Origin: an uncultured Acidobacteriota bacterium
GTDB taxonomy: Bacteria; Acidobacteriota; Polarisedimenticolia; JACPZX01
Assembly (NCBI GenBank): GCA_964568735.1
Contig: CAZMRF010000003.1
Location: 36,454-100,453 of the forward strand
Length of the DNA stretch: 64,000 nt
Reading direction: 5' to 3'
This document shows, one piece after another, positions 52,316-61,102 of this stretch (the stretch's first letter is position 1; the number at the start of each line of letters is the position of its first letter). Made by a program: the position numbers and the translations under genes. Under the pieces are notes generated by a model. It saw only the letters and a program-made list of their open reading frames with translations, did no database searches and was not told the origin of the DNA.

Positions 52316-52935
52316 TATTTCTTCTTCTTGATGGGAGAGGCCCTGAGCGCCACGGCCCCCTCCTTGAGGACGATGGAGTAGGAGACCTGGTCGCACCCTG
52401 ACTTCTCCTTGATCGTGGCCGTCTTCTGGGCGATCAGCCTGAGGAAGGTGGAGTACGAAACGTCCGAGCCGGCACCCTGAGTCCGGCGCGCCTCCACGTA
52501 GTTGTCGTAGAAGGTCTTGAAGGTGTCATTCTCTGACGTGGGATCCCCGAACCTGGACTTGTAGATGACCCGGCCGTCGCCGGCTCCGGACTTCGACGCC
52601 TCCTCGGGAGCCTGCTGCCCGGCCTGGGACGCGGCCGAGGAGCGACCCACGCCGGGCCGGTAGCCCTCCTCCCGCATCCTCAGGAGCTTCATCCACAGCT
52701 CGCGGTAGGTCTGGTACTTGCCCGCGAGGGTGTTGTACCGGTACCGGTCCGAGAACCGCTGCATCGACGTGCGGCCCAGCCGGTCGACGAGTCCCTCGAC
52801 CTCCTTGCGGGTCTCGAAGGGCTGGCGCGGAGCGGCGCCTGCGAAGAAGATGTCGTACTGCTGCTTGAGCTGGCGGATCATCACCTCGAGCCGGTTGAGG
52901 TCCTCCTCCAGCGGGGTAGGGGCGACCTGGGCCAT
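52315..52935 (-). CDS. Hypothetical cytoplasmic protein (206 aa), Lys-rich C-terminus
   Basis: ATG 52933-52935 (MAQVAPTPLEEDLNRLEVMIRQLKQQYDIFFAG...). Its stop overlaps the TPR lipoprotein start. The track ORF over-extends 45 codons. Confidence 0.5.
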   Translation of the reverse strand: MAQVAPTPLEEDLNRLEVMIRQLKQQYDIFFAGAAPRQPFETRKEVEGLVDRLGRTSMQRFSDRYRYNTLAGKYQTYRELWMKLLRMREEGYRPGVGRSSAASQAGQQAPEEASKSGAGDGRVIYKSRFGDPTSENDTFKTFYDNYVEARRTQGAGSDVSYSTFLRLIAQKTATIKEKSGCDQVSYSIVLKEGAVALRASPIKKKK

Positions 52936-53064
52936 CGTCGGGTGGCGTCTCCGTGGAAAAGTCCGTCGAGAGCCGCTGGAAGCCGCACGGCTCGTATAAT
53001 ATAGCGGGCGTCGGAAACACAGTACAAACCGCGCCTCCTCGGGGAAGGACGACGCCGCCCGGCG

Positions 53065-54477
53065 ATGCACAAAGCCCCCGCATCATCTCTCAGGAAGATC
53101 CCTCCCGTGAGCGCCCTGCTGGAGCGGCCGGAGGTGGCCGCGATGGCCCGGCGCTTCTCGCGGGCCTTCGTCACGGAGCTGGTCCGCGAGGCGGTCACGG
53201 AGCTCCGCAGCTCCGTGGCTTCGGGTGAGGCTCGACTGGCGGACGTCGAGGCCTTCGCCTCCAGCCTCGGGGAACGGCTCGAGGCGGCCGTCGCGAGACG
53301 TTTCGGCGGCCGCGTGACGCCCGTCATCAACGCGACCGGCGTGATCGTTCACACGAACCTGGGACGATCGCGGTGGGCGAAGGTCGCGGTAGAGCGTGCC
53401 GCCGCGGCGGCGGCGGAGTATTGCGATCTCGAGTACGACCTGAAAGAGGGGGAGAGAGGCTCGCGCCTCGCGTACGTGGAGTCCCTCCTCGGGAAGCTCT
53501 TCCCGGGGCGTGCCGGCATCGCCGTGAACAACAACGCCGGCGCCGTCCTCCTCTCTCTCAACACCCTGGCCGAGGGCCGGGAGGTGCTGATCTCGCGCGG
53601 TGAGCTGGTCGAGATCGGAGGCTCGTTCAGGATCCCCGACGTGATGGCGAAGAGCGGGGCCCTCATGCGGGAGGTCGGCACAACGAACCGGACGCGCCTG
53701 GCTGACTTCGAGAAGGGCCTCTCCGATCGCACGGGACTCATGTTGAAGGTTCATACCAGCAACTTCCGCATCCTCGGCTTCGCGGAGGAGGCGCCTCTCG
53801 CGGACCTCGCGTCACTGGCGGCGAGGGCGGGACTTCCGCTTCTCGTCGATCAGGGAAGCGGGAACCTGCTCGATCTGTCGCCCTGGGGTCTGCGAGACGA
53901 GCCTCCGGTCTCCCGGCTGCTCGCGGAGGGAGCGGACGTCGTCTGCTTCTCCGGCGACAAGCTTCTCGGAGGGCCCCAGGCCGGGATCCTCGTCGGGCGC
54001 GAGGACCTCGTGGCGCGGATGAAGAAGAACCCCATCTACCGTGCCGTCCGGCCCGACAAGAGCTGCGTGGCCGCCCTCGAGGCGACCCTCGAGATCTTCG
54101 TGAGCGGCGATCCCCTCTCGGAGATCCCGACGCTCAGGATGCTCTCGGCGCCGGCATCGGAGATGCAGGCCCGCGCGGAGAGGATTGCCCGGGGTCTTTC
54201 GGAAGCGGCGAGGGACGGCGTCGAGATCGAGGTGATCGAAGGCGCCTCGATGGTGGGAGGCGGATCGGCGCCCGGCCAGGGGATCCCCACAGCTCTCGTG
54301 GCGCTGCGTCCAGCCGGCGGGAGCGCCGCCGAGTACGAGCGCGCGCTCAGGACCGGTCGCCATCCGGTCGTCGCGCGTGTCCAGGAGGGTCGGCTCCTCA
54401 TCGACCCGAGGACGGTGGACGTGGAGGAGGAGGTCCGCCTGATCGCGGCGCTGGAGGCTGCGATCTCGCGTGGCTGA
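53065..54477 (+). CDS. selA: L-seryl-tRNA(Sec) selenium transferase (selenocysteine synthase)
   Basis: 'VINATGVIVHTNLGRS', 'FSGDKLLGGPQAGILVGRED' (PLP-Lys region), about 470 aa with SelA-family N-terminal 'IPPVSALLERPEV'. Confidence 0.85.
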   Translation: MHKAPASSLRKIPPVSALLERPEVAAMARRFSRAFVTELVREAVTELRSSVASGEARLADVEAFASSLGERLEAAVARRFGGRVTPVINATGVIVHTNLGRSRWAKVAVERAAAAAAEYCDLEYDLKEGERGSRLAYVESLLGKLFPGRAGIAVNNNAGAVLLSLNTLAEGREVLISRGELVEIGGSFRIPDVMAKSGALMREVGTTNRTRLADFEKGLSDRTGLMLKVHTSNFRILGFAEEAPLADLASLAARAGLPLLVDQGSGNLLDLSPWGLRDEPPVSRLLAEGADVVCFSGDKLLGGPQAGILVGREDLVARMKKNPIYRAVRPDKSCVAALEATLEIFVSGDPLSEIPTLRMLSAPASEMQARAERIARGLSEAARDGVEIEVIEGASMVGGGSAPGQGIPTALVALRPAGGSAAEYERALRTGRHPVVARVQEGRLLIDPRTVDVEEEVRLIAALEAAISRG

Positions 54478-54913
54478 GCCGCCGCCTCCCAGGAATCTCC
54501 TCGAGATCGCACCCCCGGGGATCGTCGCCGCAGGGATCCTGTCCGCGGCCTTCGTCGTCACGAAGGGCGCCTCGATCTCCGCCTGGTGGACGCTCCAGGC
54601 CGGTGCCGTCACCGTGGGGGTTTCCATCATCCTCGGCGCGGCCATCGGCATGAACCGGAGCGCCTACCCGGCGGGCGCCGTCCTCTCTTCGGCCTTCCTC
54701 CTGGCGCTCGCGTTGCTCGCCTCAGCGACCCTCCTGGGCGATCCTGAAAGGGGAGCGCTCCTGGTCCCTGTCTGGGGGGTTGGCGGCGGCTTCCTTCTCA
54801 TCCTGCTGCCCCGCCCGAGTGGAGTGCCGGCGGCCTCCGGGTGGGCCTTGCTGGGGGGCGTCGCCCTCCTGTCGGCCGGCGTCCTCCTCGCCACGCTGAT
54901 CCTCGCCGCCTGA
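54470..54913 (+). CDS. Small hydrophobic membrane protein (4 predicted TMs), hypothetical
   Basis: GTG start overlapping the selA stop. Ala/Gly/Leu-rich TM helices. No conserved motif recognised. Confidence 0.35.
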   Translation: MAEPPPPRNLLEIAPPGIVAAGILSAAFVVTKGASISAWWTLQAGAVTVGVSIILGAAIGMNRSAYPAGAVLSSAFLLALALLASATLLGDPERGALLVPVWGVGGGFLLILLPRPSGVPAASGWALLGGVALLSAGVLLATLILAA

Positions 54914-54927
54914 CGTCGGCCTTCGGT

Positions 54928-54954
54928 GGCGCGGGATGGAGGGTCGCCCGAAGC
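54928..54954. repeat. 27-nt GC-rich motif GGCGCGGGATGGAGGGTCGCCCGAAGC, copy A (downstream of ychF)
   Basis: 24/27 identical to 56176-56203 in the same orientation. Imperfect hairpin potential (CGGGAC...GTCGCCCG). Confidence 0.4.
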
Positions 54955-55065
54955 GTACGTTCGGAGGCCGGCGATGATCTTGAATGGAGCCCCGATCACC
55001 TCCGGCCGTAGCCGGAGCGCAGGGCGATTGCCCTCCGTCCGGCGCTGCGATCGAGGGGAGCGTGC

Positions 55066-56142
55066 TCAGACGGCGAAGCGGAAGTGGACGATGTCGCCGT
55101 CCTTGACGACATACTCCTTGCCTTCGAGACGCAGCCAGCCGTGATCGCGCGCCACGGCGAAGGTGCGCGCCTCGAGGAGCCTGTCGTAGGGGGTCACCTC
55201 GGCCCGGATGAAGCCGCGGGCGAAGTCGGTGTGAATCGTGGCGGCCGCCTCCACCGCGCTGCTCTCGCGGCGGACGGGCCAGGCCCGGCACTCTTTCTCT
55301 CCGACCGTGTAGAACGAGACGAGCCCCAGGAGGTCGTAGGCCCCGCGGAGCATCCGGGCAAGGGCCGACTCGGCGAGGCCCAGATCCTTCCTGAATGCAG
55401 CGGCGTCCTCCTCCGAGAGGGTCGCCATCTCGGCCTCGATCTTCGCCGAGGCCGCCACCGCCAGGACGCCGCGCCGGATCCCGCTGTCGAAGCCGGCCGA
55501 GCGCAGCGCGGCGGTGAGATCCCCAACGGCATCCTCGCCCACGTTGACGATGGCCAGGAGAGGCTTTGCGGAGTAGTAGGCGAATCCTCGCAGGACCTTC
55601 TCCTCGTCGGCCGAGAGCACCATCTCGCGGACCGGGTGCCCCTCCTCCAGCCAGGCAAGGACCTTCTCTTGAAGCGGGAGCTCCTTCTTGTCATCCGGCC
55701 GCCCCGCCTTGGCGATGTCCTGGCGGAGCCGCTCGACGCGCCGGCGCGCCGATTCAGCGTCGGCGAAGACGAGCTCCAGCTCCATGTTCTCGAAGTCGAG
55801 GCGGGGATCGATCTTCCCATCCTCGTGCGGGATGGAGGCGTCCTCGAAGGCGCGGATCACGTGGGCGAGCGCGTCGACGGGCTTGAGGACGGCGAGGTTC
55901 ATCGAAGAGGCAGCCTTGCCGCGGTGCAGGCCCGCGATGTCGACACACTCGAAGGTGGCCCGGGTCTTCTTCTTCGGGTTGAAGAGGGCGCTCAGCTCGT
56001 CGAGGCGGGGATCCGGCACGCGGGCCACGCCCACGTTGGCGTCACTGCGCTGGGCCGCCCCGGTCGCCTCGTGGGCGCCCGTCAGCAGATTGAAGAGGGT
56101 GGTCTTCCCGGTCAGCGGGAAGCCGTAGATGCCGAGTTTCAT
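55066..56142 (-). CDS. ychF: Redox-regulated ribosome-binding ATPase YchF (Obg-family P-loop)
   Basis: MKLGIYGFPLTGKTTLFNLLTG (P-loop), TGS C-terminal domain '...EYVVKDGDIVHFRFAV'. Confidence 0.9.
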   Translation of the reverse strand: MKLGIYGFPLTGKTTLFNLLTGAHEATGAAQRSDANVGVARVPDPRLDELSALFNPKKKTRATFECVDIAGLHRGKAASSMNLAVLKPVDALAHVIRAFEDASIPHEDGKIDPRLDFENMELELVFADAESARRRVERLRQDIAKAGRPDDKKELPLQEKVLAWLEEGHPVREMVLSADEEKVLRGFAYYSAKPLLAIVNVGEDAVGDLTAALRSAGFDSGIRRGVLAVAASAKIEAEMATLSEEDAAAFRKDLGLAESALARMLRGAYDLLGLVSFYTVGEKECRAWPVRRESSAVEAAATIHTDFARGFIRAEVTPYDRLLEARTFAVARDHGWLRLEGKEYVVKDGDIVHFRFAV

Positions 56143-56175
56143 CGGGCGTCAGGATAATCCGTCCGGGCAACTCGG

Positions 56176-56203
56176 CGCGCGGGACGGAGGGTCGCCCGAC
56201 GCC
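56176..56203. repeat. 27-nt GC-rich motif, copy B (upstream of ychF)
   Basis: CGCGCGGGACGGAGGGTCGCCCGACGC, direct repeat of copy A. Confidence 0.4.
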
Positions 56204-56245
56204 ACGGAGTACTCCTCCGCCCGACAGGGTTGACTCGGAGAGATT

Positions 56246-57709
56246 TCAGCGGATACGGCCCTGGCGGACGTTCGCGGTCTTGCCCCACCTCGCAGCGACG
56301 GGACCATGTTCCGTGGGCAGCCCCGACAGGTCGAAGTCCACGAGCTTGTAGTAGAAGACCGCCTTCCGCCGGGTGTCCCGATCCAGGAACTCGTAGGAGG
56401 CGCCGCTGATGCTGCTGCCCTTGCCCGGGATGAGGAAGGGGTTGAGGGGCAGCCACGGGCCCGCGGGCGAGATGCCTCGCAGGAGCTGGAAGCCCGCGTT
56501 GTCGATCTCGCTCGCCGTCTTCCACGACAGGAGGATCCCCCTGCGCGTGGACTCGGCCTCGAAGGAGGCCAGGTCGACGACGAGCGGAGCGCAATCGGGG
56601 TCGTCCTCGTCCACGAGGCCGTCGCCGTCGTTGTCGAAGCCATCCTCGCAGTTCTCGACGGAGACGGGGAAGGTGGGCTGCTGCCCGGGCAGGAAGGCGA
56701 AGAGATAGGCAGTGACCTTCGCGCTCTGGCCGGGACCGATCGTGAGGGAATCCCCCTGGGTCTCGCCCCAGAAGTAATTGGCGGCGCTGTCATCGTACGA
56801 GATCACGCAGGAGGCCGCGTCGAGCGGCCCGATGGTGTAGAAGAAGGCATCCTGCGCCGCGAAGTTCGTGAGCTTGGCGGGAAGTCCCGAGACGTGCGGC
56901 CAGGAGACGAACTGGAGCGACGTCGGCGCCGTGGGCTGCAGGCTCGCGGGCCCTCGCACGCTGCCGCCCACACCGAAGAGCGGGAAGGGCGTGTTCGTCG
57001 GACCGAGGCTGCAGACGAAGTCGGAGGGATCGTTGTTGTCGAGGACCTCGAAGGTACTCGCCGCCGGGAAGAAGTAGTCGGCCTCGAGGACCTCCACGGG
57101 GCCGTCGGGGTCGCGCAGCTGGAACTCGGGGCCGTCGTCCCCGCCGCCGATCTGGAAATCGAGGAAGTAGCGGATTCCGATCTGCACCGCCGAGGCGCCG
57201 AGGTTGAAGACCTGCGTCGAGACCTCCACGGCGGAGTCGTTGAAGACCGACCCTTCGGCGCGCACGGTCTGGAAGACGTCGAGATCGTCGTTGGCGCCCC
57301 CGCCCGTGGACGAGAGGCGGTAGTGGGTCATGAAGCCATCCGAGCCCACGGGCACCGCGGCCTCCCCGGGCACGACGAACCCCTCGAGGAAGAGCGGCAC
57401 GGGCGCTCCGACTTGGAGAATTTGGCCGCCTCGCTGGCTGTAGGTCGTGCTGGACGTGTACGAGTGGATCGCGGACCATGAGCTGGAGGGAGAGCCGCCG
57501 CCGAAGAGGACGTTCTGCTGCCCGAGCGCGGCGGTCACCGGGTGCAGCGCGTCGGTCTGGGCGGTGTACACGCCCACACCCGGTCCTCCTGGCGCGTCGC
57601 TCACCGTGACGACGTAGTAGCCGTTGGTGGCCGTCGCAGCGGGGACGGAAGGAATCGAAAGCAAGGTCAGAGCAACTGCGGCCAGGAATGCCGAAGGCCG
57701 GCGGCTCAT
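56246..57709 (-). CDS. Secreted hypothetical protein with a 'CEDGFDNDGDGLVDEDDPDC' motif and an about 90-aa C-terminal sorting-domain-like tail
   Basis: ATG 57707-57709 (MSRRPSAFLAAVALTLLSIPSVPAATA signal; alternative ATG 57736). C-terminus 'LSWKTASEIDNAGFQLLRG...YYKLVDFDLSG...HGPV' resembles C-terminal Ig-like anchoring/sorting domains. Confidence 0.55.
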   Translation of the reverse strand: MSRRPSAFLAAVALTLLSIPSVPAATATNGYYVVTVSDAPGGPGVGVYTAQTDALHPVTAALGQQNVLFGGGSPSSSWSAIHSYTSSTTYSQRGGQILQVGAPVPLFLEGFVVPGEAAVPVGSDGFMTHYRLSSTGGGANDDLDVFQTVRAEGSVFNDSAVEVSTQVFNLGASAVQIGIRYFLDFQIGGGDDGPEFQLRDPDGPVEVLEADYFFPAASTFEVLDNNDPSDFVCSLGPTNTPFPLFGVGGSVRGPASLQPTAPTSLQFVSWPHVSGLPAKLTNFAAQDAFFYTIGPLDAASCVISYDDSAANYFWGETQGDSLTIGPGQSAKVTAYLFAFLPGQQPTFPVSVENCEDGFDNDGDGLVDEDDPDCAPLVVDLASFEAESTRRGILLSWKTASEIDNAGFQLLRGISPAGPWLPLNPFLIPGKGSSISGASYEFLDRDTRRKAVFYYKLVDFDLSGLPTEHGPVAARWGKTANVRQGRIR

Positions 57710-58022
57710 GTTGACAGTGGAGGGCCCGATACGCATTTTCGTTTTTTTCCCCAGATCGGTCGACGCCTGCAAGGAGCCCGTCCGAGCCACGAAGCGCACC
57801 CGCGGACTCCACCTTCCGGGGGGACCGATCACCACCCGGGGCGGTATTGGGCCAGGTCTGGGGGCAGGGACAGCCTGAGAGAGTCGCGTACCTATACCCC
57901 GAACGGCTGAACGAATCAAGCGAGTGGAGCGGGATTCTGCTCATGCGGCGACGTTGTGAAAGGGTTTGAACAGGAACGGAATCCCGCTGCTCGCGGAGCG
58001 CACCCTCCGGGCCTGGACTAGA

Positions 58023-58868
58023 ATGCGGCCAGCCATGACGTCGAAGCCGTTGCAAGAGGGGCCCGGTCGAAGGACCTCGACCCTGATCTCAGCCCTGCTC
58101 CTCATCGCGGCGGCAGGTTGGCCCCCTGCCCTGGCGCAGGATCCTCCGCGCGCCGAGCCGCCCGCAAGGCCGCGCCTCTCTCCCGTCGACTTCAAGGTCT
58201 TCGGAACCGACCGGCCGATCACGGGGACCTACAGGTTCGCGCATCCCGTCACCGGCGAGATGCAGCAGCTCTTCATCCTCCCGGCGCCCGAGGGAGAGGA
58301 GGGGCTCGTGGGGAGCATCTCGGAGAGCAGTCCCAGCGTCCTGACACTGGTTCCGAAGCGCGAGGGAGTCGGCTGGGAGGGGGAGCTGCGCGGGCTGCTC
58401 ACCACCTGCGGCCAGGATCGCGTCCCCATCTCGGAGGTTCTCCCCCTGGGAGACAAGGTCATCCTGCGCATGGATGCCCGGCTCTCCGACATCCCCTGCC
58501 CTTTCCTCGAAGATCGCACTCACTCACGGCTCGTTGTGGCGCCGAGCGCCCACCCGATCCGGCTGCGTGACGCCCGCGAGATTGTCTCGGAGAGCACGCG
58601 GGAGAAGATCGGGCTCGCGGGACAGCCCGGCGGAGTCTCGAGCCCGATCGTCGCCGACTCCGTCAGCGTGGAGGGAGGAACGGAGCTCACCTTCGTGGCC
58701 AGGACGCGGAGCATGGACGGCAGCATCTGGATCGAGGTCGAGGCCATCGTCTCTCCGGCCCCTGGCATCGAGGCGCCGCGCGGGTTCGTGCGTGCCGACG
58801 AGCTGCGCGTGGATGCTTCCCTGACGCTCGAGCGCCTCCCGGTCGCGACAGGCCCGGCGGGATACTGA
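58023..58868 (+). CDS. Secreted hypothetical protein (about 280 aa)
   Basis: ATG 58023 or 58035. Signal 'TSTLISALLLIAAAGWPPALAQD'. No recognisable motifs. The track ORF starts at 57966. Confidence 0.45.
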   Translation: MRPAMTSKPLQEGPGRRTSTLISALLLIAAAGWPPALAQDPPRAEPPARPRLSPVDFKVFGTDRPITGTYRFAHPVTGEMQQLFILPAPEGEEGLVGSISESSPSVLTLVPKREGVGWEGELRGLLTTCGQDRVPISEVLPLGDKVILRMDARLSDIPCPFLEDRTHSRLVVAPSAHPIRLRDAREIVSESTREKIGLAGQPGGVSSPIVADSVSVEGGTELTFVARTRSMDGSIWIEVEAIVSPAPGIEAPRGFVRADELRVDASLTLERLPVATGPAGY

Positions 58869-58930
58869 TCGCCGGAGCCGGCGCGCCAGCGGGCGTCCCG
58901 GGCCGGATCGTGACGGGGCTCCCCGCGCTG

Positions 58931-58959
58931 TTGACAACACCCGCCTGCTTCCGTAGGGT
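58931..58959 (+). promoter_or_regulatory. Candidate sigma70 promoter: -35 TTGACA (58931-58936), 17-nt spacer, -10 TAGGGT (58954-58959)
   Basis: Consensus -35 with optimal spacing, about 60 nt upstream of the GGAGGAG RBS and ATG 59022. Confidence 0.35.
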
Positions 58960-59021
58960 GCCGGAGGCGCAGGGAGACTGCTGTTTCCCATTCCCGAGCC
59001 TTCCCCAGGAGGAGATAGAGG

Positions 59022-59732
59022 ATGTTCATAGACTGGACCAGTGACATCCAGATGCTGCTCAGGTGGATCCACATCGTCGCGGGGATCACCTGGATCGGAA
59101 TTCTCTATTTCTTCAACCTCGTCAACGTGAACTTCATGAAGTCCCTCGACGGAGCCACGAAGACGAAGGTCGTGCCCGAGCTGATGCCTCGCGCGCTCTT
59201 CTGGTTTCGCTGGGGCTCGGTCGCAACCTGGCTCAGCGGCTTCATCTATTTCAGCTGGAACACGGTGCTGGATCAGGCTTCAGCCCAGCGGGGATCCCAC
59301 ATGGCGCTGGGGGTGTGGCTGGTTCTCTGGGTCGTGGCCTGGGCCATCCTCTTCGGCGTCCTGCAGCCCCTCTCCGGCGCCCTCAACAAGGGGATCGTGG
59401 TCGGCATCATCACGGCCGTCCTGGTCACAGTCACCGCCTTCCTGCTGGTGAACCTGGCGTCCGACGGGCTGCCCTCGAACAGGACGATGTCGATCGGAAT
59501 CGGCGGCGGCCTGGGAACGATCATGCTCCTGAACGTCTGGGGTATCATCTGGCCCGCTCAGAAGAGGATCATCGCCTGGACCACGGAGTCCGGCCAGAAG
59601 GGAACCCCGATGCCCCCCGAGGCGGCCAAGCTGGCTCGCCGGGCCTTCCTGGCCTCCCGGATGAATGCGTGGCTCTCGCTGCCCATGCTCTTCTTCATGG
59701 GCGCCGCCTTCCACTTCCCGGTCTTCGGCTAG
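59022..59732 (+). CDS. Integral membrane protein (6 TMs) with 'HIVAGITWIG(I/L)LYFFN' motif (PuuD-N-terminal/CopD-like family)
   Basis: Strong GGAGGAG RBS 7 nt upstream. Conserved 'WIHIVAGITWIGILYFFNLVNVNFM' block seen in membrane proteins paired with cupredoxin/cytochrome partners. Confidence 0.65.
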   Translation: MFIDWTSDIQMLLRWIHIVAGITWIGILYFFNLVNVNFMKSLDGATKTKVVPELMPRALFWFRWGSVATWLSGFIYFSWNTVLDQASAQRGSHMALGVWLVLWVVAWAILFGVLQPLSGALNKGIVVGIITAVLVTVTAFLLVNLASDGLPSNRTMSIGIGGGLGTIMLLNVWGIIWPAQKRIIAWTTESGQKGTPMPPEAAKLARRAFLASRMNAWLSLPMLFFMGAAFHFPVFG

Positions 59733-59762
59733 GCGAATCCCGCGATTCGAGGCGGCTTACCG

Positions 59763-60539
59763 GTGGCCAGCCCTCTCCAGCCAGCGTCCCCCGCAACCCC
59801 GAGGCGGTCCCTGGCGGCGGCTCTCCTCCTGGCCGCCCTGGCGTGCAGTGAGCTCGGGCCGCCCCCGCCTCCGCCCGGCGCCATCCCGGCGGGAGAGAGG
59901 ATCGGCTCCGCCGTGGTTTCGGGCCGCGTGACCTTCACGGGGCAGCCTCCCGAGCGCCAGGAGATCAACATGAGCGCCGACGCCGTGTGCGCCACGAAGG
60001 GCCGGGGCAAGGTCAGGGAGGACGTCGTGGTGGGGCCGGACGGCGGGCTTCAGAACGTATTCATCCATGTCGTGGCCGGCCTCGGGGATCTCGTCTTCGC
60101 CCCTCCCGGCACTCCGGCGATGCTCGATCAGAATGGCTGCACCTACTCGCCCCGCGTCCTGGGCATCCAGGCCAACCAGATCCTCGAGATCGTGAACAGC
60201 GATGCGACCATGCACAACGTCCACTCCGTGCCGGCCGCGAACAAGCCCTTCAACGTCGGGATGGCCACCCAGGGGCAGCGCGTCCGCAAGTTCTTCTCGA
60301 CTTCCGAAGTGATGGTCCGCGTGAAGTGCGACCTCCACAACTGGATGGTCGCGTGGGTCGGCGTCGTCGAGCACCCCTTCTTCGCCGTGAGCGGTCCCGC
60401 GGGGGAATACTCCATCGGCGGCCTGCCCGCGGGGACTTACACGCTGGAAGCCCGGCACGAGGTCTTCGGGGCGAAGCGCGCCGAGATCACCGTCGCCGAA
60501 GGCGAAGAGGCCACCGCCGACTTCAAGTTCGAACGCTGA
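59763..60539 (+). CDS. Lipoprotein with a type-1 copper (cupredoxin-like) site and a C-terminal carboxypeptidase-regulatory-like beta-sandwich
   Basis: Lipobox 'LLAALACSE'. Ligand pattern His ('ATMHNVH') ... 'KCDLHNWM' (Cys-x2-His-x2-Met as in amicyanin/pseudoazurin). 'SGPAGEYSIGGLPAGTYTLEA' CarbopepD_reg-like. GTG start. Confidence 0.65.
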   Translation: MASPLQPASPATPRRSLAAALLLAALACSELGPPPPPPGAIPAGERIGSAVVSGRVTFTGQPPERQEINMSADAVCATKGRGKVREDVVVGPDGGLQNVFIHVVAGLGDLVFAPPGTPAMLDQNGCTYSPRVLGIQANQILEIVNSDATMHNVHSVPAANKPFNVGMATQGQRVRKFFSTSEVMVRVKCDLHNWMVAWVGVVEHPFFAVSGPAGEYSIGGLPAGTYTLEARHEVFGAKRAEITVAEGEEATADFKFER

Positions 60540-60586
60540 AGCGGCGCTGAAGCTCGCCCTCCTGCCCGGCTCGACGTTCCTCTGGT

Positions 60587-61102
60587 TCAGGGCGAGGGGA
60601 TGGGGCGTGCGCGTGCGCCGGCGATCCTCTCGGGGGGGCTCGGCCTTCGACGTGCCGGACCCGGGCGCGACTGGACCTTGAAGCGGACCATCTTCACGAG
60701 ATCCCTTGCCCTGTGCGGAGATCCAAGGGGCATCCGCAGCAGCGTCCCGTGACTCTTCCACCTCACCGACTGGAGGGATCGCTTCGTCGCCCGTGACAGA
60801 TGATTGGGGCCCTCGCTCCAGTCTGCGAGCGTGCGCGAGACGGTGACGGTGACCTCGAGCTTCGAGGGTAAAAAATGCAACGTGCAGAGCGTGGCGTCCC
60901 CGTGCCGGTAGGTGAGCGCCCATCCCCACTCGTTGCCGTAGTAGTTCAGATTTGCGTGCACGCCGTGAAGGCGCTTGAGCGAGCGTGACAGGTTGCGGTA
61001 GGTGCCCTTCTGTTTCGCCGTGATCAAGCTGATCAGATCGACGATCTTGGGTTTCGGCGCAGGTTGAGCGAACGGATTGACGGAACCCCCAGCACGGCCC
61101 AT
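60587..61102 (-). CDS. Hypothetical protein in a locally low-GC (about 57%) patch
   Basis: 171-aa ORF. N-half 'IVDLISLITAKQKGTYRNLSRSLKRLHGVHANLNYYGNEWGWALTYRH...' looks protein-like. C-half is Arg/Pro-rich and may be out of frame. Confidence 0.4.
   Translation of the reverse strand: MGRAGGSVNPFAQPAPKPKIVDLISLITAKQKGTYRNLSRSLKRLHGVHANLNYYGNEWGWALTYRHGDATLCTLHFLPSKLEVTVTVSRTLADWSEGPNHLSRATKRSLQSVRWKSHGTLLRMPLGSPHRARDLVKMVRFKVQSRPGPARRRPSPPERIAGARARPIPSP

Noticed and set aside
54914-55065. Possible tRNA (tRNA-Sec, given selA nearby) in the spacer after the small membrane protein
   Set aside because: Several short stem-loops exist, but no cloverleaf with a T-loop GTTCRANYC-like box or a 7-bp acceptor stem could be assembled on either strand. 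Other intergenic regions (40112-40485, 43860-44032, 61103-61295, 62931-63134) likewise gave no tRNA-like structure.
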